A DNA stretch of 24,000 bases from Candidatus Pacearchaeota archaeon (GCA_041659945.1 JBAZXH010000001.1:28363-52362); one strand, 5' to 3'. Shown: positions 1 to 8,919, counted from the first letter of the stretch. Notes: a model not told the origin generated them from the letters alone. Numbers and translations are program-made.

Positions 1-156
1 AGCTATGGCCATTGGTTGAAATCTTCTTTCTTCAAGTTCTTCTTTATCAATATCAACTAAAAGCGGTGCATCCATTGCAATCTGTAATGCTCTAGCTCCA
101 AGAATTCTTGTTTTTTCGTATTTTGTGAGTTTATCACGAGCTATTGGTTTATCCAT
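1..156 (-). CDS. rpoK: DNA-directed RNA polymerase subunit K (Rpb6 family), C-terminally truncated by window edge
   Basis: Reverse strand from the CAT at 154-156 reads [52 protein letters not shown], matching the RpoK/Rpb6 core motif (T-K-Y-E-[KR]-[TA]-R-I-[LI]-G-A-R-A-L-Q-I). Confidence 0.88.
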   Translation of the reverse strand, partial: MDKPIARDKLTKYEKTRILGARALQIAMDAPLLVDIDKEELEERRFQPMAIA

Positions 157-206
157 GTTGGTTATTTTAACTACTGTAATTTAATGAAGTTTAATGCTTT
201 TTAAAC

Positions 207-1070
207 CTATTCTTTTTTGTCTTTAGCTTTCTTTTTTATAGCATCATCGATAAGTTTGTTTATATTTGAGTACAAACCCTTATGTGCTTTTTCAACTAGG
301 TCTAACATTTCGCCAAATTTTTCTGGAGAAACTTGAATAGTATCACCCTTTTGCATGCTACATATCTTTAGGGGATTTGTGGGAATTACTGCAAGGATTA
401 ACCTTCCTTGACTTGCTGCTTCTTCTTCAATTGTTGGATCTAAAAATATAATGCTTCCTGCTTGGTAAATGCTAAAATTTAATGGCATATTTTCAGTTAA
501 AGGCATTTTTTCTTTTGATTCTTTTTCAAAGTCTACTTTTTCTGTTTTTTCATCATAGTAAGGAACTTTTGCTTCTCTCAATGCTGCAAGTGCTCCAATA
601 AATGCTGCATCAAGCAAATTACCGTCATCATTAATGGAGTAAATATCAATGTAAACTGCCCAAACTTTTTTGCCCTCTTCAATACATAATTTTTCAAAGT
701 CAATATAACCTGATTCTCTAATTCCTCTATCAACTAGTCTACCTAGTTCAATGGCTTCAAATTTTGGTGGTCCGTATTCGTATTTTCCGTGGCTCATGGG
801 CAATAATTCTGCTGTAACCATTAAATTTCCTTTATTAAGAGAATCTGGGTAGGGTTCAGTGGTATCCATTTTTACTCCAACCCAAACTTCTGTTTTACCA
901 ATCTTAACTCTAGCACTTCCCTCAGCTTTTTTTGATAGGCCTACTTCTATTGACATTGGTCTAAATTCTTCGGTTTTTCGATGATCAAATCTTTTACCTT
1001 CTGAAAGATATTCCTTTATTCTATCTGCTGTTAAGTTTGATGTTTCTATCATTTTATTCGTCTCCTCCAT
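207..1070 (-). CDS. rrp42: Archaeal exosome RNase PH-like subunit Rrp42; start may be the internal Met at 1052
   Basis: 287-aa ORF with RNase PH-fold features (GKRFDHRKTEEFRPMSIEVG, GSARVKIGKTEVWVGVK) directly downstream of rrp41. The upstream ATG overlaps rrp41; the second Met (MIETSNLTADRI) would remove the overlap. Confidence 0.93.
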   Translation of the reverse strand: MEETNKMIETSNLTADRIKEYLSEGKRFDHRKTEEFRPMSIEVGLSKKAEGSARVKIGKTEVWVGVKMDTTEPYPDSLNKGNLMVTAELLPMSHGKYEYGPPKFEAIELGRLVDRGIRESGYIDFEKLCIEEGKKVWAVYIDIYSINDDGNLLDAAFIGALAALREAKVPYYDEKTEKVDFEKESKEKMPLTENMPLNFSIYQAGSIIFLDPTIEEEAASQGRLILAVIPTNPLKICSMQKGDTIQVSPEKFGEMLDLVEKAHKGLYSNINKLIDDAIKKKAKDKKE

Positions 1071-1767
1071 TATTTCTTACATCCTTAAGTGCTTGTTTTT
1101 GAGCTTCGTAAATTTTCTTGCATGCTTCACGACCAAATTTAATTGCTTCTTTAAGTTCCTTTGTTGAAATTTTTCCATCAAGTTGAATGTGTGTGATTCT
1201 TCCAGAATGATTTAGGAAAGACATTGCCATATCTGTAGCTCCTTCTCCTTCTTCATAATCTTCTTCTGCTTTATTAACATCAACAACTAGTTGCTTGTCC
1301 ATTTTTCCGATTGAAACACTTGTTATAAGATCTTTCATTGGGATTCCAGCGTGTGCTAGTGCAAGAGATGCTGCATTAATTCCTGCACATCTTGTTGATG
1401 CATCAGCCTGAGGAATTGCAATGTGAACATCAACAACTGTATTTGGAAATTCATCAATTAGTATTGCTGGATTTAGAGCCCATTCACTAACTTTACTAAT
1501 TTCTGTACTTCTTTTATTTGGGCCTGGTCTGATTCTATCACTTACTGAAAAACTCAGCATGCTGTAATTGCATCTTAAAATTCCTTTTTCTGGATTTTGA
1601 AGGTGTTGAGGATGTAGTTGTTTTGGTCCGTAAACTGCTGCATATGCTACGGTATCACCAAATGAGAACATTGCACTTCCATCAGCATTTGGAATAACTC
1701 CAACTTTTGCAGTTATTTTTCTTGGTTCATCAAATTTTCTTCCATCTAATCTTTTTGTGTATGCCAT
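1054..1767 (-). CDS. rrp41: Archaeal exosome catalytic RNase PH-like subunit Rrp41
   Basis: RLDGRKFDEPRKI, ADGSAMFSFGDTVAYAAVYGPK, RCNYSMLSFS and DVNKAEEDYEEG are characteristic of Rrp41. The listed ORF extends to 1782, but MAYTKRLDGRK at 1767 is the likely start. Confidence 0.95.
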   Translation of the reverse strand: MAYTKRLDGRKFDEPRKITAKVGVIPNADGSAMFSFGDTVAYAAVYGPKQLHPQHLQNPEKGILRCNYSMLSFSVSDRIRPGPNKRSTEISKVSEWALNPAILIDEFPNTVVDVHIAIPQADASTRCAGINAASLALAHAGIPMKDLITSVSIGKMDKQLVVDVNKAEEDYEEGEGATDMAMSFLNHSGRITHIQLDGKISTKELKEAIKFGREACKKIYEAQKQALKDVRNNGGDE

Positions 1768-1768
1768 T

Positions 1769-2020
1769 TTATTTATATCCAATCTTTATTGTTAGTGTTA
1801 ATTCAACTAAAGTTGATTGACTATCACGTAATCCTTCTTCTTGTAACCTAGCTTGTTCTTTAACAAACTCTCTGTATGTTTCAATATCTCCAACGCATTT
1901 AGGCATTCCTGTACAATCAAGAGGATGTTCAATTACTTGAGTTAATTGGCCATTAGTTACTTCTGTTCTTACAACATATTTAAGTTCTTTTAAATCCTTA
2001 TCTTTATATTCATCAGCCAT
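1769..2020 (-). CDS. Hypothetical protein (83 aa) inserted between rrp4 and rrp41
   Basis: Intact ORF packed tightly between rrp41 and rrp4 in the same orientation, consistent with co-transcription; no recognised family. Confidence 0.75.
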   Translation of the reverse strand: MADEYKDKDLKELKYVVRTEVTNGQLTQVIEHPLDCTGMPKCVGDIETYREFVKEQARLQEEGLRDSQSTLVELTLTIKIGYK

Positions 2021-2021
2021 T

Positions 2022-2717
2022 TTATCCTTTCATCTCCTGTTTTTCTTTGTCTAAAAATTCTTTAACTTTATCTGTTAAACCAGTTACAAATGACCTATCA
2101 GTAACAAAACCTATTGCTTTTTTTGCAAAAAGTTCATCATCAACGCTTTCTCCTTTTATCCAAACAATACCATTTTGTCCAATAGTCACTTTACAATTTG
2201 TTTCATCTTTAATAAGTTTAATCATGCTTCCTTCTTTACCAATAACTCTTGGAACCTTATTAGGGTTTATAAAAATGATCATTCCTTTTTCTAGCTTTCC
2301 AAGACCTTTTCCATCAAGTGTAAGATCAATTCCTTTTTGTTTTACAGAAGATATCTTTGCTATGAAAAAATCTCCAATATCTAAAAATTCTCCGAGATTC
2401 TTTTTATCAACAAATCTTGGTACTTCCATAACCGGAAGAAATGATGAGTAAGGGGCATTAATATCTGTCATCCAACCATTAAAGCTTATATCTGTAACCT
2501 GGCCAATTATAACATTTCCCCATCTAGGAATAAATACTCCTGAAAGTGGAATAACTTTTACAAGTTTTCCTGAATTTTCAACTATCCCATATCTTTCTGC
2601 AACTATTTCATCTCCATCTCGCTTTGTTCCTTCTCCAGGAAGATATTCTTGTCCTGATACAATTGTTTCTCCAGGTACAACGATTTGCCTTCCTTCTTCG
2701 CTTTCTTCTTTTGTCAT
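2022..2717 (-). CDS. rrp4: Exosome RNA-binding subunit Rrp4 (S1 + KH)
   Basis: ORF contains VVPGETI, an S1-like region (YGIVENSGKLVKVIPLSGVFIPRWGNVIIGQVTDI), and a KH-like segment (VPRVIGKEGSMIKLIKDETNCKVTIGQNGIVWIKG). Confidence 0.93.
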   Translation of the reverse strand: MTKEESEEGRQIVVPGETIVSGQEYLPGEGTKRDGDEIVAERYGIVENSGKLVKVIPLSGVFIPRWGNVIIGQVTDISFNGWMTDINAPYSSFLPVMEVPRFVDKKNLGEFLDIGDFFIAKISSVKQKGIDLTLDGKGLGKLEKGMIIFINPNKVPRVIGKEGSMIKLIKDETNCKVTIGQNGIVWIKGESVDDELFAKKAIGFVTDRSFVTGLTDKVKEFLDKEKQEMKG

Positions 2718-2718
2718 T

Positions 2719-3045
2719 TTAATTTCCAGCTATTCTCCTTTTTGCAAATCCTCTTAAAAAAGTTACTGCATTACTTAACTCATCAAATTGATCTACTTCT
2801 CTTCTAATTTGAGTTTGAAATTCTTTAGCTTCTCCTCTACTAATATTTTCTCTAAGCTCTTGATAATAAGTCATAAGATTCCCAAGTTCAATAAAACGAA
2901 CTAGGTTAGGATTTCTTAGAAAAATAGCATACCCTTCATCATATTCGCTGTTGCCCATTAATCTTTTAAACTCTTCACAAGATGCTTTATCTTCTTCATA
3001 AGCTCTCTCATCAGTATATATTATTTTATCTAATGGGTCTGTCAT
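2719..3045 (-). CDS. Hypothetical helical protein (108 aa) between sdo1 and rrp4
   Basis: ORF in the same operon with 1-2 nt gaps to its neighbours; charged, helix-rich sequence; no family recognised. Confidence 0.72.
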   Translation of the reverse strand: MTDPLDKIIYTDERAYEEDKASCEEFKRLMGNSEYDEGYAIFLRNPNLVRFIELGNLMTYYQELRENISRGEAKEFQTQIRREVDQFDELSNAVTFLRGFAKRRIAGN

Positions 3046-3047
3046 TT

Positions 3048-3728
3048 TTATTTTTCCTTAATCTCTTCAGCTATTGCTGAACCGTGAGTCATTGAATTTA
3101 GTTTATCATAAAATTCCATTTGAAATCCTACAGGAATATTAAGCCTGCATTTTAAGTCTCCGTTAGACATCCATTCTTCTGATTCTTTATAAATCTGTAG
3201 TAAACCATATATCTGTCCGGTATAGGCAACTGGGATTGTAACCAAAATCTTTTTTGTTTCAATTTTTATTGGAATAATTAATCTTAGTTTATCAACAATT
3301 TCGGGTATTTGTGCTTCAACTGGTTTATTTGTTATGTTAGCTCCTGCTTCATCAAGAGATCTTTCGATTCTTTCTGGAGTGTAGGGTCTATTTGTTCGGG
3401 GATCAACTGCATTTCTAACTAAAAAGTCAACTATTTGTTTGAATTTTCCTTCTCTTTGCTTTTCTTTGTATTCGGCAGGAACTTGAACTTCTCCATTTTT
3501 AACAATCTTTGCAGCAATTTCATTAATATCTTCTGTTTTAAATGCATCCATTAAATCTTTTTGGGTTGGTTTAAGACCTTTTTTTGAATCTGTAAAAATA
3601 AAATCTGTTTCTAAAACACCTTGGATGTCTCCTTGGCCAGAGCGTTTAAATTCTAAAGCTTTATCTAAATCAACTAAGATTTCAAAATTTTTTCCATTGG
3701 TCTTAATTCTAGCTATAACATCAGTCAT
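3048..3728 (-). CDS. sdo1: Ribosome maturation protein SDO1/SBDS homolog
   Basis: TDVIARIKTNGKNFEILVD..., QGDIQGVLETDFIFTDSKKGL, QIVDFLVRNAVDPRTNRPYTPERIERSLDEAG are hallmark SBDS motifs. Confidence 0.95.
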   Translation of the reverse strand: MTDVIARIKTNGKNFEILVDLDKALEFKRSGQGDIQGVLETDFIFTDSKKGLKPTQKDLMDAFKTEDINEIAAKIVKNGEVQVPAEYKEKQREGKFKQIVDFLVRNAVDPRTNRPYTPERIERSLDEAGANITNKPVEAQIPEIVDKLRLIIPIKIETKKILVTIPVAYTGQIYGLLQIYKESEEWMSNGDLKCRLNIPVGFQMEFYDKLNSMTHGSAIAEEIKEK

Positions 3729-3737
3729 TTTATTTTA

Positions 3738-4466
3738 TTAACTCTGGATAATTTTTCTTAAAGAAGTCTCATCAAGTTTAGTTACTTTTTTTTCTTCTTT
3801 GTCAACATAAGCAACATCAAATCTACTTAATTCAAAATTCTTTCCAAGAATCTCCTTAAATATATCTAAAGCAAGTTTAATTCCTCCGTTAATATTTGGC
3901 ATTTTTTCTAGTTTCATTCTAAGTATTTCTTTTATTTTTTCGTCATTTTCTCCAATTGACATTGCTTTATATGAAAAATAATTTCCAGTAATATCTGAAG
4001 AAAATATTTTTGGAGTTTCTCTGTCAATTCCAGCAACTAAAATAGCGACGCCAAAAGGTCTTGCTCCTCCATATTGAGTATAAAGTTGTTTTGTATTTGC
4101 AATTTCTCTTATTATTTCTTCGACTTCAACTGGAGAATCATAGGTAACTCTATTTTGTTGAGCAATAACTCTTGATTTTTCAATTAGTACTCTTGCATCA
4201 CTTAAAATTCCTGCTGCACTTGCAATTATGTGAGAATCAATTTCATAAATTTTGCTTGCAGAGTCTGGTAAAATTAATTTATCATTAACTCTTCTATCTG
4301 CAACTATTATCACTCCGTCTGTGCAAACAATTCCTATACTTGAGCTACCAAGGCGAACGGTTTTTTCTGCATATTCTACCTGAAGTAAATGTCCATCAGG
4401 TGAAAACATTGTTGCAGCACGGTCGTAACCCATTGCTTGATGCTGTATTTCACTTGGCATATCCAT
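3738..4466 (-). CDS. psmA: 20S proteasome alpha subunit
   Basis: MGYDRAATMFSPDGHLLQVEYAEKTVRLGSSSIGI and GARPFGVAILVAGID are proteasome alpha-type signatures. Confidence 0.96.
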   Translation of the reverse strand: MDMPSEIQHQAMGYDRAATMFSPDGHLLQVEYAEKTVRLGSSSIGIVCTDGVIIVADRRVNDKLILPDSASKIYEIDSHIIASAAGILSDARVLIEKSRVIAQQNRVTYDSPVEVEEIIREIANTKQLYTQYGGARPFGVAILVAGIDRETPKIFSSDITGNYFSYKAMSIGENDEKIKEILRMKLEKMPNINGGIKLALDIFKEILGKNFELSRFDVAYVDKEEKKVTKLDETSLRKIIQS

Positions 4467-4620
4467 TTTGTTTTTCCTCTTTGCCCATTCAGGGCGTATA
4501 AACTTAGAAAGTTAATAATATATATCTACTTACTTTCTCTACCGTTTTTTAAAGGAAGCAAGGGTTTAAAAAGTTTTTGATGGAGAAATCTGCAAAACTT
4601 TTGGTGATTTTTACGAATTA

Positions 4621-4851
4621 TTATGACAATCTTTCAACTAAATCTAATCCTGTGAATCCTGCACAATTAGTCCCATCAGGTTGCCATCTTGTAATAGGAT
4701 TATTTACTCCCTCTACTTCTCCAGCATAATAATTATCTGGATGAACTTTGTCAAACTCTCTAAAGTCTATGTGATTTCCAACTAACGCTTCGCGTCCATC
4801 TCTTGTTCTGTATCTTGCTCCTTCTTCTAGTTCTTGTGTCATTTTAATCAA
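4621..4851 (-). CDS. Hypothetical 76-aa protein with an N-terminal YRTRDGREA motif and C-terminal DLVE, reminiscent of short phage/bacterial domains
   Basis: Intact ORF; motif resemblance (YRTRDGREA ... W.pDGtn ... DLVE) recalled from phage-type small proteins; not verified. Confidence 0.55.
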   Translation of the reverse strand: MIKMTQELEEGARYRTRDGREALVGNHIDFREFDKVHPDNYYAGEVEGVNNPITRWQPDGTNCAGFTGLDLVERLS

Positions 4852-4883
4852 GAAATCGATATTAACTGGGTTTAAAAGGCTTT

Positions 4884-5171
4884 TTATGACTTTGTCTTTT
4901 CTCTCAATTTCTTCAAGGTCCCGCTAACTCTGACGACTTCTATGCTTTTGCCAGAATTCACTAAAATAAAACTCCCTCTAACCTGATTGACATACTCACG
5001 ATTAACTGCTAGAATATTATTGGTTATCCAAACTGGTGCAGCTTTTGCATAACCTAAAACACCAATAAACTTTAAAATAGCTTCTTCAACATCTTTTTTA
5101 GTGAAGTTGCCTTTGAGTAAAAGATATCTTTTGTTTTCTTTCATGCTAGGTTTTAGGGGTTTTAGGGGCAT
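4884..5171 (-). CDS. rnp2: Probable ribonuclease P protein component 2 (Pop5/Rnp2 family)
   Basis: N-terminal MPLKPLKPSMKENKRYLLLKG, central VRGSFILVNSG, C-terminal RVSGTLKKLREK resembling the Pop5 'VSGTIKKL' ending; close to psmA/sdo1, where archaeal RNase P genes often lie. Confidence 0.8.
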   Translation of the reverse strand: MPLKPLKPSMKENKRYLLLKGNFTKKDVEEAILKFIGVLGYAKAAPVWITNNILAVNREYVNQVRGSFILVNSGKSIEVVRVSGTLKKLREKTKS

Positions 5172-5278
5172 AGATTAACAAAGAAAAAAGGATAATTAAA
5201 ACTTTTGTTTTTTAATTATTCTGTATAACATAAATCTATTTAAAGAAATCATATCTAAAATTTAATAGGTTAAATAAA

Positions 5279-5548
5279 ATGGCAGGCATTAGAATATCAG
5301 GAAGGGCGAGATTAAGAGAGGATTTTAGCAACCCTAAGAATGTTCGGTATTATGCAGTCTTAGATGTCTATGCAGATGAAGAAAGACAAGCAAGTATGCC
5401 TACACCTAACTTTATTGTTGAAGTACTCCTAGCCAAAAGTACTTATGATAAGTTAAGAAAAGATTTAGAAGAATCACAAGCTCAAAGCCCAGTTTTGCGT
5501 CTTAAAGGAGAATTAGAAATAGTTTTAGATTCTGAAAGCTTTGCTTAA
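5279..5548 (+). CDS. Hypothetical protein (89 aa), beta-rich
   Basis: Intact ORF with AT-rich upstream region; alternating hydrophobic strands. Confidence 0.7.
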   Translation: MAGIRISGRARLREDFSNPKNVRYYAVLDVYADEERQASMPTPNFIVEVLLAKSTYDKLRKDLEESQAQSPVLRLKGELEIVLDSESFA

Positions 5549-5611
5549 GAAATAATTAAATGTTTTGAATTTTATACATAATTATTTAAAATCGCTTTTT
5601 TTGATTGAAAA

Positions 5612-5893
5612 ATGAAATTAAGCAAGATCCAAAACATTAGAAGAAATATTGCTTGTGTTGTTTTAGGAACTTCTGCATTATTTTTTGTTGTAGGTAATGA
5701 AGTTAGAGGTCTTGACCAACCAAATTATTCAGAAGTTAGAATTGACTATGAAGCAACATGGATGTTAAGAGAGCAACTAAAAGGAAATATGAAGGGAGAT
5801 TTTGTTATTCCAGAAAATAAGAGATATATTCCTGGGCTAAGAAACCCAGTTTTTTGTCATGAAAAGTATAGAGAGATTACTTCGTTTACATAA
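5612..5893 (+). CDS. Small hypothetical secreted/membrane-anchored protein (93 aa)
   Basis: Basic N-terminus (MKLSKIQNIRRN) followed by a hydrophobic segment (IACVVLGTSALFFVVG). Confidence 0.6.
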   Translation: MKLSKIQNIRRNIACVVLGTSALFFVVGNEVRGLDQPNYSEVRIDYEATWMLREQLKGNMKGDFVIPENKRYIPGLRNPVFCHEKYREITSFT

Positions 5894-5989
5894 TTTTTCT
5901 AAAATTCCAGATCTAATTATTCCTACTAAAGTTTTATAAACCCGTTTATGATTCCTAACTAATTTTAAAACATATAAATTTTAAATTCA

Positions 5990-6301
5990 ATGAACTCATC
6001 AAAATTAAAAACTTCGTTAGCATTATTATCTTTAGTGATAGCTGGAGAATTAAGTTATGATGTTGGTTTAATATGGGATAATTATCGTGCTGCTAAAACT
6101 ACCGTTACAAGCACTGAAGCAAGAACTGAAAATTTTAGTCCGCTGGAAAAAATGCCTCAAAGTCAAATGTATGATACTTGGCAAGAGAGGGATAAAATTT
6201 TACCGGGACCATATGACCAACCGCAGGATAACAATTTAATGAAGGCGCCATATAGAGTTATAAAACTTGCTCCTGACAAGATAAATGAATTTAGAACTTA
6301 A
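5990..6301 (+). CDS. Small hypothetical membrane-anchored protein (103 aa)
   Basis: N-terminal hydrophobic segment (TSLALLSLVIAGELSYDVGLIW) followed by a polar domain. Confidence 0.6.
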   Translation: MNSSKLKTSLALLSLVIAGELSYDVGLIWDNYRAAKTTVTSTEARTENFSPLEKMPQSQMYDTWQERDKILPGPYDQPQDNNLMKAPYRVIKLAPDKINEFRT

Positions 6302-6348
6302 AAAAGTAATATAATAATCTTTTTAAACAATTAAGTTGAGTAATAATT

Positions 6349-6993
6349 ATGGATAATAAAACCAGACAACCTATATGGGAATTTGATAGAGGGTGGAGTT
6401 CATCTGCACCATGGGGAGATTATTGCTATGAAGTAGCTAGATCGATAGGACCTCAAAAAAGTAGTAGAGGATTTGAGTGGGGTGTCAATCCAGGAGAACT
6501 AATTCTTTTGGTGGAGCCAAGACCAATGCAATGGTATGGTTTACCATATCCGGTTGTTGCTGAGTTTTCAAGGCTAGAAGAATCAGATTATGATTTGTCT
6601 AAAGGAGTTGGTCCATTTTCACGTCCAAAAAACCACGAAGAAGATGAAGTACTTATTTCATTAGGAGCAAGTTATAGAGCAGTGGAATCAGCTTGGCTGG
6701 TTGCAAAAGAGGCTTTTTTTATTAAGCCTGCAAAAGAAATGGGAGGTATTAAGTTACCTAATTTTGAGTTTTTAAGAAAGGGAAGAAATTTTAATCATTT
6801 CGGAGCTAAGAGTCCGTATGGTTGGGCTAATGGAGATTTAAATCATTATAATTTAACAAGAGAGCATGCAGTGATTGTTTCGGGCGATGAATTAGTGACT
6901 GCCCTTAGAGATATTGGAGATACAGAAAGTCTAATCAAACTTTTAGAAAAAACGAAAAGAGGACATAAGATTAATTTAGCTGCTTTATCTTGA
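6349..6993 (+). CDS. Hypothetical protein (214 aa)
   Basis: Long intact ORF; aromatic-rich soluble protein; no family recognised. Confidence 0.75.
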   Translation: MDNKTRQPIWEFDRGWSSSAPWGDYCYEVARSIGPQKSSRGFEWGVNPGELILLVEPRPMQWYGLPYPVVAEFSRLEESDYDLSKGVGPFSRPKNHEEDEVLISLGASYRAVESAWLVAKEAFFIKPAKEMGGIKLPNFEFLRKGRNFNHFGAKSPYGWANGDLNHYNLTREHAVIVSGDELVTALRDIGDTESLIKLLEKTKRGHKINLAALS

Positions 6994-7100
6994 TAAGAAA
7001 TTATAAATATAAGTATTTCTGTATAAAAATATGAGAGTTTTATCTGCAAAGTTATTTAAACCACTATTTATTACCTATTATATAAAAAGAGAAATTAAAA

Positions 7101-8438
7101 ATGTTTAGAGTATACACAGTTGGAGGGTACAATGAAGTTGGCCGTAATATGACGGTTATCGAATATAAAGAGGATGCTTTTATTTTTGATTTGGGCTTTT
7201 ATTTACCTGCAGTAATTGATCTACAGGAAACAGATAAAAATCCAACATATCAATCATTAAAAAGTATAGGTGCTCTACCGGATGACACTTATCTTGAGAA
7301 AATAAGACATAAAGTGAAGGCTATTTTCATAGGGCATGCACATTTGGATCATGTGGGTGCAGTACAATATGTTTCTGATAAGTACCCTAATGCTGAAATT
7401 TTAGGTACTCCGTTTACAATAGAAGTGCTAAAAACACTTATGCAAGATACTAGAATAACAATAAGAAACAAGATAATTACAGTTCAACCAAATAATTCCT
7501 ATGTTGTTAAGGGAAAGAGTGGAAACTATGAAGTTGACTTCATTAATGTGACTCACTCGACAATTCAAACTGCAATATTAGGTTTACATCTACCTGAAGG
7601 AGTTATTGTATATGCTAATGACTATAAACTTGATGATAACCCTACTCTTGGACTTCCTCCGAATTATTCTAAACTAAGAGAACTTTCTAACAAGGGAGTA
7701 AAATTACTAATAGTTGATGCTCTATATTCTGGGAGTGAAAGAAAGACGCATAGTGAAAAAATTGCTAGAGCAATGGTTGAGGAAGTTATGTTAACAATAG
7801 ATCATGATAACAAGGGAATTATAATAACAACTTTCTCATCACATATAGCTAGACTAAAGAGCATAGTAGAATTTAGTAAAAAATTAAATAGAAAACCAGT
7901 TTTTGTTGGAAGAAGTTTAACAAAATATGTTAGTGCTGCTAAAAAAATAAAAATGTGTCCTTTTGAAAATGATATAGACATGGCAAGTTATCAAAATCAA
8001 GTTAAAACAAAACTAAAGATAGTTAATAAAAATAGAAAAGATTATGTTTTGGTTTGTACCGGACATCAGGGAGAGCCAGGATCAATACTTGATCGAATAG
8101 CGGGTAAGAAATTGCCATTTATGTTTCAACCTCAGGATAGTTTGATTTTTTCCTCAAAGGTTATACCTTCACCAATAAATATATCAAATCGTGCTACTAT
8201 GGAAAAGAAAATAAGAAGTTCAGATGTAAGAATTTTTGATGATGTTCATGTTTCAGGACATGGTGGAAGAGAAGACCTTAGAGATATGATAAATTTATTA
8301 AAACCAAAGTACATAATACCTTCACATGGGAGTTTAGATCAGCTAACTCCTGCGGTAGAACTAGCAAAAGAGATGGGTTATCAATTTGGAAAAACATGCC
8401 ATTTATGCCAAAATGGGGGAATGTTAGAATTAAACTAA
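7101..8438 (+). CDS. RNase J-type metallo-beta-lactamase ribonuclease
   Basis: GHAHLDHVGA (HxHxDH motif), KAIFIGHAHLDH, VCTGHQGEPGSILDRIA, HVSGHGGREDLRDMINLLKPKYIIPSHG: beta-CASP/RNase J signatures. Confidence 0.93.
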   Translation: MFRVYTVGGYNEVGRNMTVIEYKEDAFIFDLGFYLPAVIDLQETDKNPTYQSLKSIGALPDDTYLEKIRHKVKAIFIGHAHLDHVGAVQYVSDKYPNAEILGTPFTIEVLKTLMQDTRITIRNKIITVQPNNSYVVKGKSGNYEVDFINVTHSTIQTAILGLHLPEGVIVYANDYKLDDNPTLGLPPNYSKLRELSNKGVKLLIVDALYSGSERKTHSEKIARAMVEEVMLTIDHDNKGIIITTFSSHIARLKSIVEFSKKLNRKPVFVGRSLTKYVSAAKKIKMCPFENDIDMASYQNQVKTKLKIVNKNRKDYVLVCTGHQGEPGSILDRIAGKKLPFMFQPQDSLIFSSKVIPSPINISNRATMEKKIRSSDVRIFDDVHVSGHGGREDLRDMINLLKPKYIIPSHGSLDQLTPAVELAKEMGYQFGKTCHLCQNGGMLELN

Positions 8439-8439
8439 A

Positions 8440-8901
8440 ATGGTAAGATATGACATAATTACTGCCATACGAAATGCTGTTGAAAGAGGTGAATCAATTG
8501 AAAAAGCAAGACAGGTGCTTATTAATTCTGGATATAATGTAAATGATGTAAACGAGGCAGTTAACTACTTAACTGGTGGAGCAAGTAATGAACTTCAAAA
8601 TGCCACCTATCAAAATCAGCCTACACAGCCTCAACAAACCCAACAACCCCAGATAGCTAATCAACCAAAGGTTGTTTCGCAATCAATTCCAACACAGAAT
8701 CAAAATGTTCCTCAAAAACTGCCCGTTCAAATGAATCATTTGGTTGTAACTTCTGGAGATGAGGCTCCCAACAAAAAGAAAAATACTGTGGCAATAATAA
8801 TTCTTGCTGTGTTACTTGTTTTGCTTTTTGCAACATTAATGCTTACTTTAATATTCCAAGAACAGGTAATCAGTTTCTTTCAAAAATTAATGGGAAGTTA
8901 A
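8440..8901 (+). CDS. Protein with N-terminal helical (UBA-like) domain, Pro/Gln linker and C-terminal transmembrane segment
   Basis: MVRYDIITAIRNAVERGESIEKARQVLINSGYNVNDVNEAVNYL, then a Q/P-rich linker, then NTVAIIILAVLLVLLFATLMLTLIF; starts 1 nt after the RNase J stop. Confidence 0.8.
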   Translation: MVRYDIITAIRNAVERGESIEKARQVLINSGYNVNDVNEAVNYLTGGASNELQNATYQNQPTQPQQTQQPQIANQPKVVSQSIPTQNQNVPQKLPVQMNHLVVTSGDEAPNKKKNTVAIIILAVLLVLLFATLMLTLIFQEQVISFFQKLMGS

Positions 8902-8919
8902 TTTAAAATTAGCCGGAAA

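Noticed and set aside
2047-2451. 134-aa plus-strand ORF antisense to rrp4
   Set aside because: Fully antisense to the confident rrp4 CDS; Ser/Phe/Pro-rich sequence typical of shadow ORFs.
5936-5949. ATAAACCCGTTTAT palindrome
   Set aside because: Real 6-bp dyad but too short and isolated to support an operator call without conservation data.
6846-7049. 67-aa minus-strand ORF
   Set aside because: Mostly antisense to the 214-aa ORF, with no supporting motif.
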